54,783 nt of DNA from a virus (Duplodnaviria > Caudoviricetes): positions 1-54,783 of the IMG/VR virus record IMGVR_UViG_3300025086_000031. One strand, written 5' to 3'. The notes under the pieces are model-generated. The model had not been told where the DNA came from, did no database searches, and was given only the letters and a program-made list of their open reading frames with translations. The position numbers were made by a program, and so were the translations under genes. Positions 8,522 to 19,356 of this stretch are shown piece by piece. How positions within the stretch are numbered: the stretch's first letter is position 1; every line of letters begins with the position of its first letter.

Positions 8522-9892
8522 ATGGCAACATTAACAGGACAAAATATAAAAGACACTTATAAGACTTTAGTAAAGACGGAATCTACTGTAGGTTTTAGTG
8601 GGGCTACACCTACTAGAATTGAGGATGGTGACGGAAACCAAAGTGCTTTATATCTAGGAAAGACAAGGGCTAATTTAATTGGAAGTTTATCTTTTAATTT
8701 GTCTACAACATCCACACCTAGAGCTGACCTACATATAGTATCAACATCAACTCAATCTATATTGATTCAGAATTCTAATGGATACAATAAGTTTTATGTT
8801 GGAGATTATTTGGGTGGGTATAATACAAAGATCGGAGATATAGACTCCAGCTCTCCTGGAAACAATACATACTTTTACGTGGAAGATTCTAGCAGTAGAA
8901 TAGTATCTAAAACAACTTACTTCGGTGTTAATCAAACTGTACCTACATGTACGTTGCATGTTGGATCTAATTCAGGTACAGCTTTATTTTCTTTAGGGAC
9001 AAGCACAGATGCTTTTAAAATTACTAGCAGTAGTAATACAACATTATTTACTGTAGATACTACTAACGATAAAGTTAGTATTAATGCAGACGTAGAAGTA
9101 AAAGGAAACCTTAGAAGAAGTTCTGAAAGATATTATCTGGAAGAGTTCTTTAAGAGATTACCACAAGGAAATGCTGACATTCAAAATTCTGCTGAAGCAA
9201 CACGAATGATAACTAATCCAGACTTTGAATTAGTGGGAACTAACGCTGTAACTGGTGATGCAACATTTTCTTCTACTAGAGCTGGTATAGTTCTAACAAC
9301 AAACGGAACCGATGAAGATCAAGTTGTAATAGCTCCACATTTAGATTCCAACCAATCAGCCTGGACAAATATTAAGTTTGGAACTGAAAATCAAGTAGAG
9401 TGGGAATGTGCTATCAGCACAAGTGCTACTATAACTGATTATTCTATTTGGGCTGGATTAAAAGCTTCATTGGATCCATTGTACACAACTGACACTGATC
9501 AAGCCTTTTTCTTATTTTGCACTGATGATGAGCAGGGTGCTTTAACAACAAATGCTAATTTACATTTTGTTTATTCCACAGATGCATCTGGAGCTGTTGT
9601 TGATTATGTTACTGACCTAGGTATAGCGGTAGCAGCTTCTACCATATATAGATTAAGAATAGAGATAGACTCAAATAGACAGGTTTCTGTATTTGTAAAT
9701 GATGTTCAATATGGTTTAGTTACCTCAGCAACTGCTGGTGGAGCAACGCAGAGTGTTACTACAACAAAATCTTTAGCGTTAAAAGATAATGAAGATCTAA
9801 TACCTTATATTGGGGTAGAACAAAAAGCAGGGTCTAAAACATCTGATTTAACAGTTCATTACCAAAAAATTAGCAGGATATTATTTGAGTAA
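8522..9892 (+). CDS. tail fibre protein with C-terminal lectin-like beta-sandwich
   Basis: MATLTG..IKDTY N-terminus, P...LHV repeats, beta-rich C-terminal domain. Confidence 0.7.
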   Translation: MATLTGQNIKDTYKTLVKTESTVGFSGATPTRIEDGDGNQSALYLGKTRANLIGSLSFNLSTTSTPRADLHIVSTSTQSILIQNSNGYNKFYVGDYLGGYNTKIGDIDSSSPGNNTYFYVEDSSSRIVSKTTYFGVNQTVPTCTLHVGSNSGTALFSLGTSTDAFKITSSSNTTLFTVDTTNDKVSINADVEVKGNLRRSSERYYLEEFFKRLPQGNADIQNSAEATRMITNPDFELVGTNAVTGDATFSSTRAGIVLTTNGTDEDQVVIAPHLDSNQSAWTNIKFGTENQVEWECAISTSATITDYSIWAGLKASLDPLYTTDTDQAFFLFCTDDEQGALTTNANLHFVYSTDASGAVVDYVTDLGIAVAASTIYRLRIEIDSNRQVSVFVNDVQYGLVTSATAGGATQSVTTTKSLALKDNEDLIPYIGVEQKAGSKTSDLTVHYQKISRILFE

Positions 9893-10308
9893 TGGAATTT
9901 AATATAGATCTAAATAATATAAATAAGTTCTTTTACTTTTGTAAAGCTGGCACTGATGGTTTGTTTAATGCTGCTAACGATGTTGTTTGTTATCCTGTAA
10001 GTCATTTTATTGGTTTTAGCAATTTAGACAATACTGATGGAACAGCACTAACCATGTGTTTCTCTCCATTACAAGGACCTCTTGAATTAGCAGCTAATGC
10101 TTATCCAGCTGATGTTTCAGATAAAATAACTCTTACAATAGAGGCTAATAAAGCTAAAAAGGTTATATCAGAGATCATAGGAGGTATAAACTCACCAATT
10201 TTTAGAGATAACGGTATAATTGTTGTTGCTGACAGTATGAATGAAGAATTTATATCATCATATATAACGGCAGTATCTATAACTCTACAAACACCTGCAG
10301 CAGCATAA
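9892..10308 (+). CDS. structural protein, paralog of 19357..19719
   Basis: co-linear motifs shared with the gene after the capsid gene (K.(F/L)YF, C(Y/F)P, LT, ADS...F.S..ITA). Confidence 0.65.
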   Translation: MEFNIDLNNINKFFYFCKAGTDGLFNAANDVVCYPVSHFIGFSNLDNTDGTALTMCFSPLQGPLELAANAYPADVSDKITLTIEANKAKKVISEIIGGINSPIFRDNGIIVVADSMNEEFISSYITAVSITLQTPAAA

Positions 10309-10323
10309 TTATAAATATTATCA

Positions 10324-10355
10324 TTTGTATTAATAAAAGTTTTTTACTATATTAG
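10324..10355 (+). promoter_or_regulatory. variant Bacteroidota promoter
   Basis: TTTG, 20 nt, TATATTAG in intergenic DNA. Confidence 0.5.
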
Positions 10356-10380
10356 TGGAAATTAAATTTAATACAATATT

Positions 10381-10761
10381 ATGAAAAACACAGAACAACT
10401 CATAGAGGAGGTATGCGAATCTATGAAAAATCTTCTTTTAGAGAAGAATCGATCTTATGGCGACTCAGCCACCAACCCATCAAATGTATTTTCAAGTGGA
10501 TCAGCAATAGACTCAATATGTGCACGTATAGATGATAAGTTAATGCGTATACAAAATAAAGGAATCAATGATAAAACAGAAGATACTGTGTCTGACCTTA
10601 TAGGGTATTTAATATTATTAAAGGTGGCATTATATAAAGAGAAAAATGATGAATATAATATATTTAAAGAAACTATATCTCAAGGTGGACATGCTAATAT
10701 AAATGGCAAACCTATAGCAACAATAGAAGACTTAGATATATATTACGAAAATAAAAAATAA
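10381..10761 (+). CDS. DUF1599/Nmad1-like nucleotide-modification-associated protein
   Basis: LLEKNRSYGDS...RIDDKLMRI...EDTVSDLIGYLIL signature. Confidence 0.75.
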   Translation: MKNTEQLIEEVCESMKNLLLEKNRSYGDSATNPSNVFSSGSAIDSICARIDDKLMRIQNKGINDKTEDTVSDLIGYLILLKVALYKEKNDEYNIFKETISQGGHANINGKPIATIEDLDIYYENKK

Positions 10762-10768
10762 TATAATT

Positions 10769-11044
10769 ATGGAATCTATAAATCCTATAATCAGAAAAAT
10801 TACGATAGGAGACTTAAAGCAAGGACTTACATATAAAGTAGGTCAATTAATGAATGCGGGAAATATTGAAATAACAGCCATTATACAAGATGAGGCTGCC
10901 TGGTATAAACATCAGCAAGTTGTGTATGATGTATATGTTAAAGCTAGAGGTGATGAATTTTCAAGACCTTGGAAAAGATTTTTTGATCAGCCTACAGCTA
11001 TAGAATACGATATTCAAGAGAGAGAAAAATACGAAGTTAATTAA
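10769..11044 (+). CDS. hypothetical phage protein
   Basis: 91-aa ORF in operon (IRKITIG...YKVGQ...PWKRF...IEYD). Confidence 0.7.
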   Translation: MESINPIIRKITIGDLKQGLTYKVGQLMNAGNIEITAIIQDEAAWYKHQQVVYDVYVKARGDEFSRPWKRFFDQPTAIEYDIQEREKYEVN

Positions 11045-11045
11045 T

Positions 11046-11627
11046 ATGAAACCAATTAGAGATTATTATTTTGTTAAGGTTGAAAAAACCCATGAAGACA
11101 CTATTATTATAAATGATAAAGAGCTTTATATGGATACCAGCTTTGAAGATATGAAGCATGCTAGGCAGTATGGTATAGTTGTTGCAGTACCTACAACCCT
11201 ATCTTTTGGGTTGAAGATGGATATTAAAGAGGGGGATAAAGTATATTGTCACCACTTTTTAGCTAGCGAGGAGAGTAGAGTTAAATATCATGAAGAGGAA
11301 AATATATTTCAAATAAGGTGTGACGCTATATATGCTAGGGTTAGAAAGGGTAAGTTAAAGATGTTAAATCACTGGAATTTTGTAGAGCAGAAAAAAGAAG
11401 ATAAAGATAACTATATGAGTAAATCTGGAATATATTTAAAACCAGAAAGAGAAGATAAGGAATTGCATGGGTACATAAAGTACATGAATAAAGAAATGAA
11501 AGAATGGGGTGCAAAGGTTGGTGATGAAGTTGTTTTTTCAGAAAATTCAGAATACGACATGAAGATAGAAGGTGAAAAATTGCTTAGGATGAGAAATATT
11601 GATATCTTAGCAAAAATAGAAAGATGA
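11046..11627 (+). CDS. groES: co-chaperonin GroES-like protein, two tandem domains
   Basis: MKPIRD..FV...GIVVAVP...IKEGDKV, then SKSGIYL...VGDEVVF...IEGEKLLRMR..DILA. Confidence 0.75.
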   Translation: MKPIRDYYFVKVEKTHEDTIIINDKELYMDTSFEDMKHARQYGIVVAVPTTLSFGLKMDIKEGDKVYCHHFLASEESRVKYHEEENIFQIRCDAIYARVRKGKLKMLNHWNFVEQKKEDKDNYMSKSGIYLKPEREDKELHGYIKYMNKEMKEWGAKVGDEVVFSENSEYDMKIEGEKLLRMRNIDILAKIER

Positions 11628-11917
11628 TAAATACCCAAGAAATAATAGACATATGTGTATCAAACTCTTATGATTTATTGACAGGTAGAAAGTCTGTAGA
11701 AGATATATTAGACTCATCATCTCACCCTTATTTTTTATGGAATGTTGTGGAGGAAGATTTAGATCAAGAAATTTTTGATGGGTTTCTGGATTTTATGATT
11801 AATTATTATGAGGAAATGGAACACTATGAAAGATGTGCAGTTTTATTAAATATAAAAGTAAATGAAAGAAGTAAATGTAAGCAAGAAATTAGAAAGACTA
11901 ATAGAATCTGGGAATAA
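11624..11917 (+). CDS. hypothetical protein with UVR-like helical motif
   Basis: YYEEMEHYERCAVL. Confidence 0.6.
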   Translation: MINTQEIIDICVSNSYDLLTGRKSVEDILDSSSHPYFLWNVVEEDLDQEIFDGFLDFMINYYEEMEHYERCAVLLNIKVNERSKCKQEIRKTNRIWE

Positions 11918-12155
11918 AGCTTTTGACTTACTATTAGAAGAAGTAAAGAAACCTATAGACCCAGAGTTGCAAGATGATAAAGCCAGAAATGCTATGAAGG
12001 CAAAAAAAGAATGCTTCATGGATGCTCAAGATATATTGATGGCTATACATAAGATACAAAATCAAATTAATGAAGGTGTTTCAACTGAACAACAAACTGA
12101 ATTAGAGGAAAAATCTTTTAAAGCTGGATTCTCAGAAAAGTACGCCAAAAAATAG
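11862..12155 (+). CDS. probable terminase small subunit
   Basis: small helical protein directly upstream of terL; positional inference. Confidence 0.5.
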   Translation: MKEVNVSKKLERLIESGNKAFDLLLEEVKKPIDPELQDDKARNAMKAKKECFMDAQDILMAIHKIQNQINEGVSTEQQTELEEKSFKAGFSEKYAKK

Positions 12156-12174
12156 AGAGTATAATTTATTTTAT

Positions 12175-12182
12175 TATATTTG
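12175..12182 (+). promoter_or_regulatory. -7 promoter element TATATTTG
   Basis: exact motif upstream of terL. Confidence 0.6.
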
Positions 12183-12203
12183 CATAATTGGCTAAAATTT
12201 ATT

Positions 12204-14228
12204 ATGGCAGGGTATATAAAAGTAAATGGTTTAAAATTCAAGCTTCCTGTTAAACCCAATAAGAAGGATATATTATTTTCAAATCTGAAGAAGAAGAATC
12301 AGAAGTGGAAAAGAACTGATATGCCTGAGGGTCTTAACGAGGACACCGTACCCAAATACTCATGGTTTATAGATCAAGAATTTAAAAGGAGAGATGAAGG
12401 TGTTTGGTTTATGAATAATGGGGAACCCACCTATATAACGGGAGAACATTACTATTATTTAAATTGGTGTAAAATGGATATAGGATATCCCGAATATAGA
12501 GATAGAGATAGAAGATTCTTTATCTTCTGGGATATATGTAAACAAGATCCAGACTGCTTTGGAATGATTATGGTTAAACATAGAAGAGAGGGTGCCTCAT
12601 ACAAAGGTGCAGCTATGTTACTACATGAAATAACGGCAAGATATAATTCTCATGGTGGTATAACAAGTAAAACTGGTGCTGACGCAAAATCTCTATTTAC
12701 AGATAAGCTTGTTTATATGTTTAGGAGTTTACCTTTCTTCTTTCAACCAATAATAGATGGTAGTGATAATCCTAAAAGCACTCTTAGTTTTAACACTCCT
12801 GGTCAAAAGATAACAAAAAACTACGCTAAGGTAACAAAATCTGAAGCATTGAATAGTAGGATAGATTGGAGAAATACTAGAGAGAACTCATATGACTCCG
12901 TTAAACTTATAAGATACTTATGTGATGAGGCTGGAAAATGGACGGAGGCTAGTGTGGAAAAAAACTGGGAAGTTGTTAGATCGTGTTTAACTTTAGGAGA
13001 TAAAATAATAGGAAGATGTTTTATGCCATCTACTGTAAATGAACTTGAAGTGTCTGGGGGTGAGAATTTTAAAAATATCTGGTATGATAGTGATATAAAA
13101 GAGAGAGATGCTAATGGTAGAACTAGATCAGGTATGTATTCTTATTTTACGCCAGCGTATGATGGGTATGAAGGGTTTATAGATGAATACGGATTTTCCG
13201 TTATTGACACACCTAGTAAGGAGCAAGCTAAGTTTATAGGTAAAAATATAGGATCTAAAGAATATTTACAAAACATAAGAGATGCTTATAAAGGTAATAC
13301 GACTAAGTTATCTGAAGAAAAAAGACAAAGGCCATTCTCTATAGATGAAGCGTTTAGAAGTGATTCGAGATACAGTCCTTTTGATGTTGAGAGAATATAT
13401 CAACAAATGGATTATAATGAAGAGGCTAGGAACTTAATAGTAAAAGGTGATTTTATTTGGAAGAATGGAGAAAAGGATACAACCGTGATGTGGAAACCAG
13501 GATCACAAGGTAGATGGAGAGTATCTTGGATACCTCCAGAAGAAAGGAGAAATAAATTTAAAATGGTTTACAATATAAAAGCTCCTGGAAATGACATAGA
13601 GATGGTAGCTGGATGTGACCCTTATGATCACGACACAACTACTGATGGTAGGAGATCTGATGCTGCTTGTTATATTTATAAGAAATTTAGCATGATGGAT
13701 GATTTTTCTAATCAGTTTGTTTGTGAGTATATAGCTAGACCTCCTAAAGCTGAAATGTTTTATGAAGACGTATTAAAAACTTGTGTGTTTTATGGGAGCC
13801 CAATATTAATAGAGAATAATAAGATAGGTATAATAAAGTATTTTGAAAGAAGAGGTTATTATAATTATCTAATGGACAGACCAGAATCAACACATACAGA
13901 GAGTAGTAGAAAACAAAAAACAAAAGGAATACCATCTACTGGTGTGGCTGTGCTTAATGCTCAAACAGAAGCGGTAGCTAGTTATGTTTATGACTATGTG
14001 GGTATGAATAATGATACTCAAGAGATGGGAAAATGTTATTTTAATAGACTTTTAGATGACTGGAGTAGATTTGAACCATCGAACAGAACAAAGTATGACG
14101 CTACGGTAGCTTCAAGTTTGGCTCTTTTAGCCGCACAAAAATATGTAATAGAAAAGAAAATTCCAAAAATAAATCTTAACTTTGTAAAAAAATATAGGAA
14201 TGCAGGATTAATGTCTAAGAAAATATAA
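12204..14228 (+). CDS. terL: terminase large subunit
   Basis: KHRREGAS Walker A, YLCDEAGKW Walker B, PST coupling motif, GCDPYD nuclease motif, IENN, C-terminal YDA; start moved to ATG 12204. Confidence 0.92.
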   Translation: MAGYIKVNGLKFKLPVKPNKKDILFSNLKKKNQKWKRTDMPEGLNEDTVPKYSWFIDQEFKRRDEGVWFMNNGEPTYITGEHYYYLNWCKMDIGYPEYRDRDRRFFIFWDICKQDPDCFGMIMVKHRREGASYKGAAMLLHEITARYNSHGGITSKTGADAKSLFTDKLVYMFRSLPFFFQPIIDGSDNPKSTLSFNTPGQKITKNYAKVTKSEALNSRIDWRNTRENSYDSVKLIRYLCDEAGKWTEASVEKNWEVVRSCLTLGDKIIGRCFMPSTVNELEVSGGENFKNIWYDSDIKERDANGRTRSGMYSYFTPAYDGYEGFIDEYGFSVIDTPSKEQAKFIGKNIGSKEYLQNIRDAYKGNTTKLSEEKRQRPFSIDEAFRSDSRYSPFDVERIYQQMDYNEEARNLIVKGDFIWKNGEKDTTVMWKPGSQGRWRVSWIPPEERRNKFKMVYNIKAPGNDIEMVAGCDPYDHDTTTDGRRSDAACYIYKKFSMMDDFSNQFVCEYIARPPKAEMFYEDVLKTCVFYGSPILIENNKIGIIKYFERRGYYNYLMDRPESTHTESSRKQKTKGIPSTGVAVLNAQTEAVASYVYDYVGMNNDTQEMGKCYFNRLLDDWSRFEPSNRTKYDATVASSLALLAAQKYVIEKKIPKINLNFVKKYRNAGLMSKKI

Positions 14229-16625
14229 ATGAAAAAACAATTTGAATTAATAGGAGGGTATCCAACAGTCTTCGCAACAAATGAAGAGAAAGCCACAAAA
14301 GAATATGGTCTTCAGTATTTTAAAACCATGTATTCCGATTGGAAGAATAGTACAGAGCTAGCTTATCAAGATAAAAAAAGAGCTTATCAAAAAATGAGGT
14401 CTTATGCAGAAGGTACTCAAAGCGTTTCTAAATATAAAGATTTGTTAGATGTTGAGGGAGATTCTTCATACATGAATATAGACTGGACTCCAGTATCTAT
14501 AATACCAAAATTTGTTGATGTAGTTTGTGGAGACATGACAAACAGGGAGTTTGCTGTAAAAGCTAATGCTATCGACAAACTGTCTTCTGATGAGAGAAAA
14601 AAAGCTAAGAGAGAAATGATGGCAGATATGATGAATGCTCCAATTAGACAAAAGATTTCTAAATTAACAGGCTTTGATCATAATAAAAAAGGTTTTATTC
14701 CTGAAAGTATGGAAGAGATTGAATTGTTTATGACCTTAAACTATAAGCAAGCACATGAAATATCTATAGAGAAAGGTATAGAGTTTGTTTTTCAACAAAA
14801 TGATTTTGATGAGATAAAGAAAAAATGCATAAGAGATTTGGTTGTGGTGGGTACAGCGGGATTAAAAACTCACATAGACCCATCTGAAGGGATAAAAATA
14901 AGATATGTTGATCCTTTAAACTTAATTACCTCATACTCTCAAACTTCTGACTATAGAAACATTCAACATGCAGGAGAAGTGTACACAGTTACCATAGCTC
15001 AATTAAAGCAGATGGCTGGAGAACAATTTACTGATGATGAGTACAATGATATAGCACAAAACCACGCTGCTAAAGATAAAGATGAAGATAGCTTATACGG
15101 AAGATCTTTTGGAAATCATTCATCTTATGGAAATGAGCACGATAGATTTTCTGTGCAGATAATGGATTGTGAATTTATATCAACATATGATTTAAGTTAT
15201 GAGAAAAAAGATAATGCATTTGGAGGATTTTCTGTTAGTAAAAGAAAGAAGGGGTATAAGCCTCCTAAAAAATCTAAATATAAAAGAGAACAGTTAAGTA
15301 GCACAGTGAAAGTTGTTTACTGTGGAAAGTATATTGTTGGAACTGATTATATATTTGATTATGGATTAGCTAAGAATATGTCTAGACCTAAATCTAACTT
15401 GTCAGAAACAAAATTATCATATGTAATATATAGTCCAAACCTGAACAATATGCGTAATGTGTCTTTAGTTCAGAGAATGATACCTTTTGCTGATCAAATA
15501 CAATTAGCACATTTAAAAATGCAACAAGTCATAGCTAAAGCTAGACCAAAGGGAGCTGCTTTTGAAATAGGATCTTTAGAAAATGTATCTAAAGGTGATG
15601 GAGGAACATTTACACCTCTAGAATTACAGGAGATTTATGATCAAACTGGTAATATATATTATAGACGTGTGGATGATGAAGGTGTAGCTTCTAATACTGT
15701 TCCTATACAAGAACTTGAGAATGGTATTGGTAGAGATATGATGCAACTTATACAAATATACCAACATAATCTAGGAATGATTCGTGACGTAACAGGAGTT
15801 AACGAAGCTAGAGATGGTGCTAAACCTTCCAGTGAAGCGTTGGTTGGTGTTCAAAAAATACAATTAATGGCTTCTAATAATGCTACTAGAGCTATTGACG
15901 ATGGGTTTAATAAGATAGTTGAAAACTTATCCAAGTCTATTTGTATGAAACTTCAAGATATAGTTGAGTACGATAAACCTGTAAAAGGCTATATATCTGC
16001 ACTTGGAAAATCTGTAATGAAAACTATAGAGATTAATAAAAATGTTTCTCTTCATGATTTTGGTATAGGTATTGAAATTGCTCCAGACGAACAAGAAAAA
16101 GCTCAATTAGAACAAGCCATACAAATGTCTCTAGCTCAAAAAGAATTAAGAATAGAAGACGCTATAACTATAAGAGATATTAATAATCCTAAATTAGGAT
16201 CTAAAATGTTAATGTTAAGAAGAAAGAAATATCAAGCGGAGCAAATGCAGATGGCACAGATGCAGTCTCAATCAAACGCACAACAACAACAGCAATCAGC
16301 TGCCATGGCCGCACAAATGAAGCAACAGGAATTACAAATGCAAGCTCAAATAGATGCTAAAATGAAGGAGATGGACGCTCAGTTTGATATGCAAAAAATG
16401 CAAATGGAATATCAGATGAAGAATCAATTTGAGGAAGCTTCTCATATTAGAAGATTGAAAGAAATACAGGCTGGTAATATTGGAAAAGTTGCAGCTAACA
16501 AAGCTCAAGGGGAGTCTAGAGAAAAAACAGTAGAGAAGAGTGCACACTTTCAATCTAAGATGATTGAGCAAAGAAAAGGTAAAGAAGGACCCATAGGGGA
16601 TCCAGATTTAGAATTAGGAATGTAA
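14229..16625 (+). CDS. portal protein (crAss-like)
   Basis: 798 aa directly after terL; IIPKFVDVV.G, IRDVTGVNEARDG, Gln-rich C-terminal barrel. Confidence 0.88.
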   Translation: MKKQFELIGGYPTVFATNEEKATKEYGLQYFKTMYSDWKNSTELAYQDKKRAYQKMRSYAEGTQSVSKYKDLLDVEGDSSYMNIDWTPVSIIPKFVDVVCGDMTNREFAVKANAIDKLSSDERKKAKREMMADMMNAPIRQKISKLTGFDHNKKGFIPESMEEIELFMTLNYKQAHEISIEKGIEFVFQQNDFDEIKKKCIRDLVVVGTAGLKTHIDPSEGIKIRYVDPLNLITSYSQTSDYRNIQHAGEVYTVTIAQLKQMAGEQFTDDEYNDIAQNHAAKDKDEDSLYGRSFGNHSSYGNEHDRFSVQIMDCEFISTYDLSYEKKDNAFGGFSVSKRKKGYKPPKKSKYKREQLSSTVKVVYCGKYIVGTDYIFDYGLAKNMSRPKSNLSETKLSYVIYSPNLNNMRNVSLVQRMIPFADQIQLAHLKMQQVIAKARPKGAAFEIGSLENVSKGDGGTFTPLELQEIYDQTGNIYYRRVDDEGVASNTVPIQELENGIGRDMMQLIQIYQHNLGMIRDVTGVNEARDGAKPSSEALVGVQKIQLMASNNATRAIDDGFNKIVENLSKSICMKLQDIVEYDKPVKGYISALGKSVMKTIEINKNVSLHDFGIGIEIAPDEQEKAQLEQAIQMSLAQKELRIEDAITIRDINNPKLGSKMLMLRRKKYQAEQMQMAQMQSQSNAQQQQQSAAMAAQMKQQELQMQAQIDAKMKEMDAQFDMQKMQMEYQMKNQFEEASHIRRLKEIQAGNIGKVAANKAQGESREKTVEKSAHFQSKMIEQRKGKEGPIGDPDLELGM

Positions 16626-16642
16626 AAAAAACTTATGGATAA

Positions 16643-16673
16643 TTTGATTATATCTGTAATTGTTTTATTTTTG
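16643..16673 (+). promoter_or_regulatory. promoter of the capsid operon
   Basis: TTTG, 19 nt, TATTTTTG. Confidence 0.65.
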
Positions 16674-16702
16674 CAAAAAGGTTTAATTTAATTTAATATA
16701 TT

Positions 16703-17833
16703 ATGGCAGATGAAATGGGCGATATAATCGCTGAACAATTAAGTGGTAATGTTGTAGAAGAACAACCTAAAGAGTTACAATCAGAAGTTATAGATTTAAC
16801 AGGGGGTTCAGAACCACAAACAGAAACCACAACGGAAAGTAAAACTGATGAAACTGTAGAGGCTACACAAGAGGCTCCATCGGAATCACAGGATAATATT
16901 GATCGTTCTTTGAATAATGAATCTAGTAATCAACCTAAAAAAGAGGTTGTAGATGCTAACGAAGTTTCTGAAAGAAACAAAAAGGAGTTTTTAAAATTTG
17001 TAAACGAACAGTTTAAACAAGAATTTGACTCTATTGATTCTTTTAGTAACGCTTTATCAACTGAGAAAACGTCTTTCGCTAACGAACAGTTAGAAAAGAT
17101 GAATAATTTTGTCAGTGAGACAGGCAGGAGTATAGTAGACTACATTAAAACACAGGCTGTTGACTATTCTAAAATGTCTAACGAAGATGTTATGAGATTA
17201 ACTTTAAAACAAGAAAATCCTGAATTAAGTATGGATGAAGTAAATGTTTTAATAGACTCTAAATACAAGTTAGGTAAGGATAAATACGGTGATGCTGAAA
17301 AAACTCTTGGTAAAATTGAACTAAAGAAGGATGTTGCTAACGCAAGGAAGAGTCTTATGGAGATGCAGGAAAAATATAGAATGCCTGTTCAAAATAATGA
17401 TGATTCAGCTGAGAGGGAAACCGCTCAGAAAGATTGGGTTAATAATATGTCATCTGAAGTTGATGAGGTTGAGTCTATAACATTTGATATTAATGACTCT
17501 GGAGAACAATTTACTTTTTCCTTAACGGATGGTCATAGAGAAGGTTTAGTGGATGCAAATTCTAACTTAAATAATTTCTTTGATAAATACGTTGAGAATG
17601 GTAATTGGAATTTTGATAAGTTAAATACTGATATGTTTGTTTTGAATAATTTTCAAGATATAATAAGAAGTGTGGCTAATCAATATAGGTCTAAGGGAAC
17701 CGAGCAGGTAGTAAAGGATATTAAAAATCCTTCGTTTAATAACGAACCTAGACAAAACACAGAGAAGAGAAGAGATATTTTAGACGAACTAGATGACCAA
17801 ATAAATGGAGAAGGATCAATGTGGAATAGATAA
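16703..17833 (+). CDS. scaffold-like protein between portal and capsid genes
   Basis: acidic disordered N-terminus and helical core; position. Confidence 0.7.
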   Translation: MADEMGDIIAEQLSGNVVEEQPKELQSEVIDLTGGSEPQTETTTESKTDETVEATQEAPSESQDNIDRSLNNESSNQPKKEVVDANEVSERNKKEFLKFVNEQFKQEFDSIDSFSNALSTEKTSFANEQLEKMNNFVSETGRSIVDYIKTQAVDYSKMSNEDVMRLTLKQENPELSMDEVNVLIDSKYKLGKDKYGDAEKTLGKIELKKDVANARKSLMEMQEKYRMPVQNNDDSAERETAQKDWVNNMSSEVDEVESITFDINDSGEQFTFSLTDGHREGLVDANSNLNNFFDKYVENGNWNFDKLNTDMFVLNNFQDIIRSVANQYRSKGTEQVVKDIKNPSFNNEPRQNTEKRRDILDELDDQINGEGSMWNR

Positions 17834-17865
17834 TAATAATAATTAATAGTTAAAAAATATAAAAA

Positions 17866-19329
17866 ATGGCTACAGTAAGTTTAGGCGGACAAGTTCATAT
17901 TAAGCCTTCTGCAGTTCAAATTGCTACCAATGAGAACTACGTAAGTAACTTAACTACGAACTCTTTACGTCAAAGAGATGTCTCTGATAAACTTGTTAAG
18001 CGTTATGGCGAACAAGGTATTACGGGACTTATGGAACTAATGGGATCAAAAGCTCCTAGTTCTAACACAACATTTGAACACTACGAAGAAGCGTTCAGAC
18101 ACAACAGTGTAAGTGCAACATTTTCAAGTGCATCAGCAGATAATGCTGCGGCAGTAACACTAACAATAGCATCGGATTCATACCAATCAAACTTTGCAGG
18201 TGGAACTAATGAGTTTTCTCCAGTAAGACCTGGTGACATATTAAGAGATAAAGATGGTGACATGTGGTATTGTATATCATCAAACTTTCCTAATACTTCT
18301 GGTTATACAGTGGTAGTTCACTCTATTGATGGAGCTAACGTTGCTAAAACAGGTACAGGTGATGCTTATGAATTTGCTATCATTGGTAATGCTCATCCAG
18401 AAGGAGGATCACAACCAGATGGTTTATCTCCGTTAATTCACGAATACTCTAACAAGTGTATGATCTTAAAAGAATCTTTTGAAGTAACAGGTTCTGAGGC
18501 TACAAATGTTGTTTACGTAAAAGTTGACAATGAAAAAATGGGCTCAGGATATGTATGGTACTTAAAAGGTGAATCAGATACTTATAAGAGATTTATGGAT
18601 TACTCTGAGATTATGATGATGTTAGGTGAAGATATTACTAACTCTACCCTTACGAGTTCTGCATCACCAGTTACTACTGCATTTAAGAGTGGTAATAATG
18701 TTGCTGACAACTCAACACTTAGAGGAACTCAAGGTCTTTTACCTTGGATAGAAACAGATGGACAGTCTATGGACTTAGGTTCTGCTTCTATTACAATGGC
18801 GGATTTTGATGCTGTTATTAAATCATTAGATAAATATAGAGGTGCTAAAGAATACGCTATGTATTCAGGTATTGATCTATCTTTAGATGTTGATGATTTA
18901 TTAGCTTCTCAAGGTGCTTATGCTGCGGGTGGTGCTAACTATGGTACTTTCCAAAATAATAAGAACATGGCGTTAAACTTAGGGTTTAATTCTTTCACAA
19001 GAGGAGGTTATACATTTCATAAGAAAACTTATGATTTATTTAATCACCCAAGATTATTAGGTGCTACTGGATTTAACTACGGTGGATATGGTGTTTGCAT
19101 TCCTATGGATATGCGTAAAGATGCTAAATCTGGCGAAAGTATTCCATCGTTGAGAATACGATATAAAGCGGCTAATGGTTATTCGAGAGATATGGAGCAC
19201 TGGTTAACGGGTTCTGCTATTCTACAAAACAAAACTAACACTACTGACGTGCTACAATCGCACTACAGATGTGAAAGAGGTTTTGAAGGATTTGCGGCTA
19301 ACCGTTACATGTTGATCAAGAAATCTTAA
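17866..19329 (+). CDS. major capsid protein (crAss-like HK97 fold)
   Basis: 487 aa; G.A.PEG, ILKESFEVTGS, LGFNSFTRGGYTFHK, CERGFEGFAAN motifs; position. Confidence 0.88.
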   Translation: MATVSLGGQVHIKPSAVQIATNENYVSNLTTNSLRQRDVSDKLVKRYGEQGITGLMELMGSKAPSSNTTFEHYEEAFRHNSVSATFSSASADNAAAVTLTIASDSYQSNFAGGTNEFSPVRPGDILRDKDGDMWYCISSNFPNTSGYTVVVHSIDGANVAKTGTGDAYEFAIIGNAHPEGGSQPDGLSPLIHEYSNKCMILKESFEVTGSEATNVVYVKVDNEKMGSGYVWYLKGESDTYKRFMDYSEIMMMLGEDITNSTLTSSASPVTTAFKSGNNVADNSTLRGTQGLLPWIETDGQSMDLGSASITMADFDAVIKSLDKYRGAKEYAMYSGIDLSLDVDDLLASQGAYAAGGANYGTFQNNKNMALNLGFNSFTRGGYTFHKKTYDLFNHPRLLGATGFNYGGYGVCIPMDMRKDAKSGESIPSLRIRYKAANGYSRDMEHWLTGSAILQNKTNTTDVLQSHYRCERGFEGFAANRYMLIKKS

Positions 19330-19356
19330 TTATTAACCTTATAAACTTTATATAAA

